Source: Octopus sinensis
Taxonomy: Eukaryota
Assembly (NCBI RefSeq): GCF_006345805.1
Contig: NC_043015.1
Location: forward strand, 52,328,001-52,392,000
Reading direction: 5' to 3'
Length of the DNA: 64,000 bases
Made by a program: the position numbers and the translations under genes. Of this stretch, positions 41,624 through 53,629 are shown in pieces. Below the pieces are notes generated by a model. That model was given only the letters and a program-made list of their open reading frames with translations, ran no database searches and had not been told where the DNA came from. The stretch's first letter is position 1, and every line of letters starts with the position of its first letter.

Positions 41624-42009
41624 TCTATATATATAAAGCTGAAGTCTGTGTGTGGCAGGTATGGTAGCCTTCAACTAACACTATCTCCTTCGAGACCCTG
41701 CAGCGCAAGTTGACCAAAATTGAGAGTATGATAGAAGAAGGCTTGCTCTTCATTCTGTAGAAGATAAAATTCAAATCGGACCATGTTAACACCAAAAATT
41801 ATTTACATCAAAAAGGTGCTTTTTTTTTATGAAATTCCCTATTTTTTACGATTTTTGACTGCTGTGTTACCATTTTTTGGTGTATTTCAACTGGAAAAAT
41901 GTTCACTTGAAGAGAATAACAAGTTGCATAATGCAAAATTTTTACTTTTCAAAAATTCCAATTCTAAAGGGTCGAAACAAACCCAAGCAACACCGGGTGA
42001 TGCTGCTAG
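41624..42009 (+). mobile_element. Complete non-autonomous Helitron (386 bp)
   Basis: A|TCTATATATATAAAG start; ACCCAAGCAACACCGGGT hairpin then CTAG|T end; no TSD. Confidence 0.85.
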
Positions 42010-42011
42010 TA

Positions 42012-42345
42012 AAAAGGGTAAAGACCCCCTTCGGTCATGAATGACCATGGGATTGCACCTAGAAAGTTACCCTCCTAGACACAAGTCTGGGCAAGGTTGT
42101 TTATGGAAGGCCAGCAGTCGCCCATGCATACCAGCCTCCCCTCTCCACGCCACCAGTGTTATCCAAGGGAAAGACAAAGGTCGATACAGCTTGGCACCTG
42201 TGATGTCGCAACTCATTTCTACAGCTGAGTGAACTGGAGCAACGTGAAATAAAGTGCCTTGCTCAAGAACACAACACGCAGCCCGGTCCGGGATTCGAGC
42301 TCACAACCTCACGATCGTAAGCTCGACGCTCTAACCACTGAGCCA

Positions 42346-42348
<3 letters not shown>
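42012..42348 (-). mobile_element. tRNA-derived SINE S4 with CORE-like central domain
   Basis: Minus strand gcatggctcagtggttagagc...ctcgaatcccgg...gttcttgagcaaggcactttatttcacgttgctccag. Confidence 0.82.
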
Positions 42349-42376
<28 letters not shown>

Positions 42377-45069
42377 GACAGGCTACCACTCATAAGGCTT
42401 TTGTAAGCCCGAGGCTATAGTAGAATACACTTGCCCAAGGTGCCATGCAGTGGAACTGAACCTGGAACCATGTGGCTGGTAAACAAGTTACTTACCATAC
42501 AGCCACTCCTGTGCCTATATGTAAATATACTGTATTTATATTCACCAGCATTCACTTTTATGTGTGTATAAGTCTGCATAAATTTTCCTTGTTTGTTTAT
42601 TTATTTATATAGTTCCCTATTGAAACAACATAAGAGGCAAACTATTTGAAAAATAGGAATTATCCTTGTGTCGTTGTTTTTATAATTTTGTTGTAGAACT
42701 ATCCGGGGAATACTATTGTCACTGGTATATAAATTCACAACTCCTCAATCTGTAACTAGTTTGATAAGTGCTTATGCACGAAACTATCGGCCCTTGAATC
42801 ACTCTGTTCTGCTACGCATCTATAAAAATATGTATATACTCATGTTTTGATTTCTATTTTTTCCTGTTTGTATCACCAAACACATACGCACGTGCGTGCA
42901 TATGTATGTTTTTATCACCAAACACACGTGAGCATGTATGTATAGAGAAATAGACAGACACACCCAAAATGACCTATGCTAGTTAATATTTTGTTTTAGT
43001 TTCTCTTTCCGTGAGTTTTAGATTTTTTAAATTTAAGGCTTTGTTCTGTCACTTCTTCCTCTCCACTCACTCTCTATGTGTCACTCAGTATTTATATATA
43101 AATATATATAATACACCTACCTACCTACCTAAATACATATATATACATTATTTTGCCTTACCATATGGATAGAACTTTACTACTTTTCATCTCTTTTTTT
43201 TTTTTTGGCATGAGGTTTTTGTATTTTAGTTTGTTTCTAATTAGATATCTGCTGTTTATTTTTAGCTTATATATCATAAATATTATCACCACCATCAACA
43301 TAGGAAAAAAAAGCAGAATAAGAGCAATTACTGGGGAAATTAAGTGGCCCCCTTTCTTTAAGGAGTCATTTCTTTCACCATTTATTATCAGATTCAACTA
43401 TTTTAAATCAACACTACACACACCACCACTACCACCACCACCACCATCATTATTATCATTATCATTCTATATTCATTTTACTCTAAATATAAGTCATAGA
43501 ACAAACTGCAAATTGTCTTTCATCATGCCTAATAACCCTAACTTGCTCTATTTTCCCCTCCTCTCACCACTTTTTATTCTGACTAATCTGCATACTTCTC
43601 CAGTTTCAATTTCTTCTATGTGTATGTATACACATGTACTTAAACACTTAAACTACCTGAATTCACCAGGCTTTTCAAATACACCACATCTGGGATGTTA
43701 CTCATGCAATGCAATTGCCTGTCTTTCTATCCAAACAGGACACATCTATTTGATATGCTACTGTATGTGAGTGCTTGAGTGGTGATAGTTATCAGTATCA
43801 CATGGCCGAGAGCTCTCTCGAAAAGAGAATACTTTCATTTAATTTTTTTACCATTTCATCATGTACCTCTATTTTAGAGCTATACCGCTACGTTAGACTC
43901 CTGCTTTTCACACACATCTACCTCACACAAACATGTATATATATTTATGCATGCAAGCTTACATATACACAGATGTCCGCTGATGTATATAGGTATAATT
44001 ATATATCATGATATCATAGATATTTTCATCACTTATATGCATAACAACTCATACAGTTGTCTGTTGAGTTAGTCACCTATCACACACATGTGTATGTATG
44101 TATGTACATGTATATATATATATATATTTATGTGTGTATGTACATACACACACACAAACATGCGAACACAGTCACTTATTTGAACTACTAACCTCAATTT
44201 TCTATCCACATCCACAAGAATGATAATGAACTCCTTGGATTATCCTTACCTGTGGTGTCGTAGTTTCAGTGAACGAGTTTGTAAATGTAGCGAAACTGGA
44301 AAGTATCGAAGACAGAGGCAGCAAAAGCTAGCAGGTATGTGTGGATGTGTAAGTGTGTGTGTGTGTGTGTGTGTGTGCATAGTTATAACATTTATGTGTA
44401 CATATATGTCTGTTTGTGTATATATTTATAGTATTTATGTATTTTATCTATATGTGTATATTTAAAATGTTTATGTGTATACATACATATATACATACAT
44501 GCATGCATGTAGCAACTAATGGTACAGTGAGTTGTGTAGAAAGTACCAGCTTATTGAATTTTTTCACAGCTTTGATATGGGAAAAAGTTTGTAATTCTCG
44601 GTACCAAGAAATCATTATTGTGTCTTTTGTATACTAGTTGCCTTCTCCTTGAAGCTTAGAAACTTCCTTCACTCAGGTTCCTGGATTGCATATATGTTGT
44701 GTGTGTGTCTGTGTGTACATGCTGGTATGTGTGTATGCACATATGTATATTATTTACTTAGAAACTAAGCCCAGTTCATACACATATAAAAAGTTATGAA
44801 TGTGTATGTCAATATATATATTTATACATGAATACATATAAATGGATGTATATACAGAAATAATTTCTATGTATATAAGGTACTGGCAAAATTCTGTGCT
44901 TAAAAGTTTTACCTCCCAAGCATGAGGTTTCAAGTTCATTTCTACTGCACAGCACCTTAGGCAAGTGCCTTCCCCTATATGTGTGTGTGTGTGTGTAAAC
45001 ATTCATATATACATGATAAATGTCTTACAGTATCTATGTGTGTGTGTGTATGTGGTATATATGTATGTA

Positions 45070-45135
<66 letters not shown>

Positions 45136-45639
45136 CATAATAATATGAGGGAATATTATTCCAAACTTACAGGGAAAAATTCAATTTAGAAATACTAAAT
45201 CAAATTTCACAAAATATAATATATATATATATGTAAATTAGAAAAAAAAAGTTATTCTACCAAATATATACGTTTATTTATTATTTTGCACTTTATTTAA
45301 TCATAGTTATATGTTTTATCTTATATTTAATCTTTCTGTAAGATGTAATTTTTCTAATTGGCATAATTAATTTTTCATTATTGAATTGATAAAAAGAGGG
45401 GTTTTTTTTCTAATTTATATAGTTTATATATATATATATATATACACACACGCACACACACACACATTAGGAAATGGAATCTGTTTACTATTTATTGTAC
45501 TTTATTGATTTAAAATAAGGTTGTTGTTTTTATCGTATATGTTTTCTATATGTTATGAATAACATCTTTCTTTATTGAATTGTTTAATAGTGGTTTTTCT
45601 CTAAATTATATACACACATATATATATGTATATATATAT

Positions 45640-45913
45640 ATCACCGTGACCGACCAGGCCATCAGATGTTACACATCGCTGGTCACAATGCGCTTCACAT
45701 GGTTTTAGCCTTCAAATGACGCCACCCCGCTGGCTAAGCGAGCAGGCCAACAGAAGAAAGAGTGAGAGAAAGTTGTGGCGAAAGAGTACAGCAGGGATCG
45801 CCACCACCCCCTGCGGAGCCTCAGGTGTTTTCACTCAATAAACACTCACAACGCCCGTCTGGAATCGAAACCGCATCCTACGACCGCAAGTCTGCTGCCC
45901 TAACCACTAGGCT
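45640..45913 (-). mobile_element. SINE S3 copy
   Basis: Homologous to 22279-22590. Confidence 0.88.
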
Positions 45914-45939
45914 ATATATATATATTATATATATATTAT

Positions 45940-45976
<37 letters not shown>

Positions 45977-46700
45977 AAGGGTCTTAGAGTCAACTTAACT
46001 AAAACCAAAGTCTTAAGTAGGAAGGCTGACAAACCACAATTCCTTCAGGTAGATGGCCTGCTTGACCTGCAAAAAAGGTGTAGGTAGAAACTCCATAAAA
46101 TGTGCCCAGTATAAGCTATGGACACATAAGAGGTGCAGCAATATCAAAAAGGAAGGTTAACTGGGAAGATAGATTTTGTGTGTGGCAAATGCTCAGAAGC
46201 AATGAAAACTGAAAATGCGCAGAGAACAACTTCTGCCACATTCCAGGGAGAAAAACTAGAAGTATTTGATAGCTTCCATTACTTTGGTGACCAAGCCAGT
46301 AGCCGGATGGGTGGGATGCTCTGAAAGTGTAGCTGCTAGAATAAGAATAGCCTGGGCAAAGTTCAGAGAATTTCTACCTCTACTGGTGACAAAGGCCTCT
46401 CGCTCAGAGTAAAAGGTAGACTGTATGACACATGTGTGTGAACAGCCATGCTACATGGCAGTGAAACATGGACCATGACTGCTGAGGACGTGTGTAAGCT
46501 TACAAGGAATGAAGCTAGTATACTCCGCTGGATGTGTAATGTCAGTGTGCATACACAATAGAATGTAAATGCCCTTAGAGAAAAGATGGACTTAAGAAGC
46601 ATCAGATGTGGTGTGCAAGAGAGACGACTGCGTTGGTATGGTCATGCATTGTGAATGGATGAGGACAGCTGTGTGAAAAAGTGTCACACCCTAGCAGTTG
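45977..46700 (+). mobile_element. RTE-clade LINE RT fragment with embedded PHD-like zinc finger
   Basis: GLRVNLTKTKVL..CLTCKKGVGRNSIKCAQYKLWTHKRC..FVCGKC..FHYFGD..RIRIAWAKFRE..KGRLYDTCV*TAMLHGSETW..RRLRWYGH. Confidence 0.9.
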
Positions 46701-46895
46701 AGGCTCCGTGCTGATGGCACGAAAAAGCACCCACTACACTCGGAATGGTTGGCATTAGGAAGGGCATCCAGCTAGAAATTTTGCCAGATCAGATTGGAAC
46801 CTGGTGCAGTCTTCTGGCTTACCAGCCCTCAGTCAAACCGTCCAACACATGCCAGCATGGAAAGTGGAAGTTAAACAACAAAGATGATGATTATG
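46700..46895 (+). mobile_element. 3' half of SINE S5 ending in (GAT)n
   Basis: ggttggcattaggaagggcatccagc...catgccagcatggaaag..gttaaac..gatgatga; short reverse copy at ~40690-40722. Confidence 0.7.
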
Positions 46896-47194
46896 AAGAA
46901 TGGAAAAGTCTTTATGTTTCGAGCCTACACTCTTCGACAGAAAGGATTAAGAGGAAGGAAAAACGGAGAAAGAAAAAAATGTGTAGAGATTTATGGTCTA
47001 ACATGATAAAATGGCCAGAAGAAAGATGTTGAATGAAAGGGAGATAATAATAATAACGATGACCCAGACATACTAAAGTGTGCAAAGCATGTGTGTATAT
47101 GTGAGAATGGTGTGAGTGTGTATATGTGAATGGGGGTGAGTATGACAAAAGTAGGTTTCATATTTTCGTGCAGACCTGCAGGAATTACCACAGT

Positions 47195-47495
47195 TGACTG
47201 GGATGTCCACCACACCTACCATACTCACCTTTGGTTTACCATTTGTTTCAATCCCTACAAAATTATCCTAATATGGTGAACTTTAATTCTTGGAAGACTG
47301 TAAAAATCAGTTTAAACCAGTTCATGACTCTGAAACACCAGTGTTTGGGAGGATGGGATCATGAAGCGTCTCAAATATGGCAAAAGATAGTGGAACAAAA
47401 TGGGACATATGTGGTTGAATAAAAGTATGTATGAATATCTAAATGCTGTTTTTGAATTTTACTTTAAAAAAACAGTTTGACTTTTGCCTCCAATA
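47195..47495 (+). mobile_element. Mariner transposase C-terminal relic
   Basis: DWDV..PYSP..YHLFQSLQN..NFNS..WQKIVEQNGTYVVE*. Confidence 0.8.
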
Positions 47496-48348
47496 TATAT
47501 CATATATCTTTTGCTCTGTCTGCCTGTATGTATGTATGTATGTATGTATGTGTGTGTGTATATATGTATGAGAAGTGGGTAGTGGGGGTAAGGTTCAGCT
47601 GCCACACCACTACTACCACCACCACCACCACTAAGACCACTACCACTACTAACACTACAGCCAAAACAAACACAGCCATCAACATCACCCCGCCACAACC
47701 ACCACCTCGACCATTACCACCACCACTACTACAACTACCAGCTACTCCACCACCACAACCAGCAACACCACCACCATCACCACTATTACAACCACCACGA
47801 CTATAACATCACCACGACTATAACACCACACCACTACTACAACAACGACCATTCCCACAACAATCCCTGTTACAACCACAACTACCACCATCACCACCAC
47901 AAACACAACCATCATCATACTCACCAAAATCACCACAACCACTACCACAAACACCTCCACAACCCGAGCACTAACAAACACCGCAACCACTATCATAACC
48001 ACCACTACCACCATGGCCATCACTACAACAACATTTTCACTACCACTATCGCTCATACGTTGCCAACACCGTCACCACAACGATCATAAAACAAGCCAAC
48101 ACCACCTCAAACTACAGCCTAAACTATCACCGCCACCGCAAACCAGCAATTTCAGTGTCACCATTATCACCACAACCATACCATCGCCAACGACACAATC
48201 ATGAAATCTACTACCAAAATCACCCACAACCACCACTACGTCCACAACAAACAGAACCATTTATTGTTGCCATAATTTTTTCTTTGTCTGTTGCAATTTT
48301 GTAGTTTACGTTCTTCCTTCAGTATAATGACCAATTATGTCACCTGAA

Positions 48349-48429
<81 letters not shown>

Positions 48430-48593
48430 GTCTATCTATCTATATATCTCTATCTTGTTTACCCCAATCATTAAGGGATTGAATCTTCAGTCTTCGAAGA
48501 AATGTGCCTTATTTCAGGAAATCACGTTGATTCCATTATGTGAGTATGTCTACATATGCATATGTATGGTGTTGTATGTGGGTATGGCGTGTA

Positions 48594-48674
<81 letters not shown>

Positions 48675-48687
48675 TATATATATATAT

Positions 48688-48718
<31 letters not shown>

Positions 48719-48859
48719 ATATATATATATAGATATATAAATCGCTCTAATGCTGTAGCTAACGCACGTGTAATTCCCCAATTTTGTAAAACATTGCAAA
48801 CTACTGTATATATTAATTATAATATATATGTGTATGTATGTCCTATCTCCCCTCCTACC

Positions 48860-49730
48860 CCTCCTCGGAACTTACCAGTAATTCATCGCAACTTTCCAGG
48901 AAGTCCTCGGAACATTCCAGAAAGTAGTATCTCCCCACTTCTTCGGAACTTTCCAGGAAGTAATATCTCAACATCCTACCTTTCCTCGGAGTTTTCCATG
49001 GAGTACTAGGCAATTTCCCGGAAGTCCCTATCTACCCTCATCTCCCTCCTCGAAACTTTCCAGGAAATCCTCGGAAGTTTCCTCGTATCACCCCCTCCTC
49101 CCTTTCATCACCCCTCCTCTCCTTCTTCGGAACTCTCTAGGAAGTTCTATCATCTCCTCCTATTCTTCCCCTTCCTCGGAACTTTCCAGAAAGTCCTATT
49201 TCCCCTAACCCCCTCCTCGGAACTTTCCCGGGTATCCTCGGAAGTTTCCTCGTATCTCTCCCTCCTCCCTTTCATCACTCCTCGGAACTTTCCAGGAAGT
49301 CATATTCCCCCTCCCCTTCCTCCCCCTTCTCAGAACATGCCAGGAAGTCCTATCCTAAACTCCTCCCCTTCTTCGAAACTTTCCACGAAGTCCTATTTCT
49401 CGCTACTCCCCTTCCTCCCCATCCTCGAAACTTTCCAGGATGTCCCATCTACCTCCTCCTCCTCGTCCTCTCTTCCTCGGAACATTCCAGGAAGTCCTAT
49501 CTTCCCCTCCTCCCCTTCCTCCCCTCATAGGAACTTTCTAGGAAGTCCTATCCCCCTCCTCTTCTTCTTCGGAACTTTCTAGGAAGTTCATCACCTCCTC
49601 CACTTCTTCCCCCTCCTCGGAACTTTCCAGGAAGTCCTATCGCCACCTCCCCCTCTTCCTTCCCCTCCTCGGAACTTTTCAGGAAGTCCTATCTCCCCTC
49701 ATCCTCTTCCTCGGAACTTTCCAGAAAGTA
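48860..49730. repeat. Minisatellite, ~19 units of core CCTCGGAACTTTCCAGGAAGTCC separated by C/T-rich linkers
   Basis: Core recurs about every 40-55 bp. Confidence 0.92.
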
Positions 49731-50660
49731 AGACAAAGTAAGACGAAGTAAATCGAAGTAGGACGAAGTAGAACGAAGTAAGATGAAGAATGACGTAGTA
49801 GGACGAAGTAAGACGAATTAAAACGAAGTATGACGAAGTAATTCGAAGTAAGACGAAGAAGGACGAAGTAGGACAAAGTAGGACGAATTAAGACGAAGTA
49901 AAACGAAGTAGGACGAACTAGAACGAAGTAAGATGAAGTAGGACGAAGTTGGACGAAGTAGGACGATGTAAAACTAAGTAGAACGAAATAGAACAAAGTA
50001 AAACGAAGAAAGACAAAGTAGGAGGATGTAAGACGAAGTAGGACGAAGCAGAACGAATTAAGACGTAGTAGGACGAAGCAGAACGAAGTAAGACGAATAG
50101 AAGGAAGGAGGGCGAAGATGAAGAAAGGCGAAGTATGACGAAGTAAGATGAAGTAGGACAAAGTTGGACGAAGACGAAATAAGACAAAGTAGGATAAAGT
50201 GAGTGGATCGAAGTAAGACAAGGTAAGACGACCTAGAACGAAGTACGACGAAGTAGAACAAAGTAGGACGCAGAAAGACGAAAAAAAAACAAGTAAAACG
50301 AAGTTAGACGAAGAAAGGCGAAGTAGGACGAATAAGAACGAAATAAGACGAATTAAAACGAAGTAGAAGTAAGACGAAGTAGGACGAAGTAAAACAAAGT
50401 AATGCAAGTAGGGGGAAGTAGGAAAAAGTAGAACGAAATAAGACAAAGTAGGACAAAGTAGGACGAAGTAAGACGAAGTAGGACAAAGTAGGACGAAGTA
50501 AGACGAAGTAGGACGAAGTAGGACGAAGTAAGTCGAAATAGGACAAAGTTGGATTAAGTAGAACGAAGTAGGACGAAGTTGGAGGAAGTAAGACGAAGTA
50601 AGTCGAAGAAGGACGAAGTAAGACGAAGTACGACGAAATAGTACGAAGTAGGACAAAGTA
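49730..50660. repeat. Decameric satellite (GAAGTAGGAC/GAAGTAAGAC)n, ~930 bp
   Basis: 10-bp periodicity; produces the 325-aa SYFVLLRPT-type ORF. Confidence 0.95.
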
Positions 50661-50989
50661 GTGAGTGGGGTTTCCTCTTCTAGAAAAGCGGCAGGGTGCT
50701 GCCAACAGCAGTCTCACCTCATACTCTGTAGTAGGACCTCAGCTCATAATGGAGCTGTCTGTTTGTTTATTGTTTTATACTCTTTTATATTCTGTTATTC
50801 TTTTATTTGTTTCAGCCATTGGATCGCGGCCATGCTGGAGCAACGACTCGAGGAATTTTTCTTTGAATGAATGGACGCGAGTATCTAATTAATTTCTTTT
50901 TTTAATTAAGCCTGGTAGTTAGCTTATCTGTCGTTTTTGGTGAACCACTAGGTTTCTGGTACGTACACACACCATGACCGACAGATAGA

Positions 50990-52360
<1,371 letters not shown>

Positions 52361-52367
52361 CATGCAC

Positions 52368-52566
52368 AAACGCAGGCATATATCTGCGATAGACAATTAA
52401 TTAGGAACACAAACATACATACATACATACCCATCTATATGCCTGCCTGTCTTCCGTTTGTCTTTGTGTCTCTCTTTCACTTTATATATATATATATAGA
52501 TGGGTATGTATGTATGTATGTTTGTGTTCCTAATTAATTGTCTATCGCAGATATATGCCTGCGTTT
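52368..52566. repeat. Perfect 73-bp inverted repeat with 53-bp spacer
   Basis: 52368-52440 is the reverse complement of 52494-52566. Confidence 0.95.
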
Positions 52567-52717
52567 CGGTATTCAGGCCCGAATTATATAAAAAGCTCTT
52601 CACTGTCCTGTTTATAATGGTTTTGCTTATTAATATTTGCCATTTGCTTTCTCAATGTTTTAGTGTTGTTGCTATTGGATACTTGCCTGTAACTTTTCCC
52701 TAGATGCATCATCCATT

Positions 52718-52760
52718 CTATCGACGTTTCACGGTCACGTGACCGCGTCTTCAGAAATCC
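52718..52760 (-). ncRNA. Candidate minimal hammerhead ribozyme with canonical core
   Basis: Minus strand AUUU-CUGAAGA-C-GCGGUC-ACGU-GACCGU-GAAAC-GUC-GAU; stem I is weak. Confidence 0.5.
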
Positions 52761-53629
52761 AGCCATCACAGAGCAATTGGGTCGTCTGCTTTGCTTTGCA
52801 CTGTTTTCGTTTTTTTTTTTCTCTTTTGTTTTTGAGCTGTTTCTTGTTTGCTTCTCATTTTTTCATTTTTATGTTTCGTTTTTGCTTTTTTATTTGTTTT
52901 TTTTTTATTTGTTTGCTGTTTTGGCCATGGTTGCTATTAGCAATTTTAAAGAATTATGGTGTTTGGTAGAATGGAATTCATGGACTAAAGTTTTTACTTT
53001 TTTTTTAAGACATTGAGTAATACCACGAGTTCGGTTTTGCTTGATGGAATTTCATAAGCATTAGGACATTCGTTTCCATTCAATCAATGTCACGGTATCG
53101 ATTTTCTCTCATGGGCGTTCTTATATTGTTGCTATACACGTTGATAGAATTTTCCTATTGATTTTTGCATAATGTTCTGTCAAGAAGATGGATGCCTTGG
53201 AACAGCTCTTTCCTCTGATGTGCATAGTTATGTCCCGATAAAGTATGGAGCACGTTCTACCTGTTTAGCATCACTTTTCATGGCGTTTACTGTTTTACCT
53301 GTTTACATGACCAAGCAGTCAATTTAGCATTAGCTCATGATCATTTTGTGAAATACTGTAGGCAGATAGGCATAGCCAATGCAACTTTCGGAGAGTAGCG
53401 TATCACATTAATTATTATTATCATTATTATTATTATGGATCTTTTCACTTTGACCGGCAGATTTTAAAAATAATTTCTTTGTAACTAAACACTTTTAAAC
53501 TTCGTATATTGGTAGTGTGTTACATAAAACATCTTTTTCTCTTGGCTTTCTTGAGAAAATTCTGTAGTTTGTAAGCTATTTCTTGTTAAATTTCTTGCAT
53601 TTCGGCAATTGCAACCAATACAATTTCTG

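Noticed and set aside
43153-43770. 205-aa ORF starting at TTG
   Set aside because: It is an AT-rich, low-complexity, F/L/I-biased chance ORF.
48860-49730. CRISPR-like repeat-spacer appearance
   Set aside because: The context is eukaryotic, the linkers are low-complexity and related to each other, the repeats are degenerate and there are no cas genes.
49679-50656. 325-aa minus-strand ORF
   Set aside because: It results from a stop-free 10-bp satellite and has no recognisable domain.
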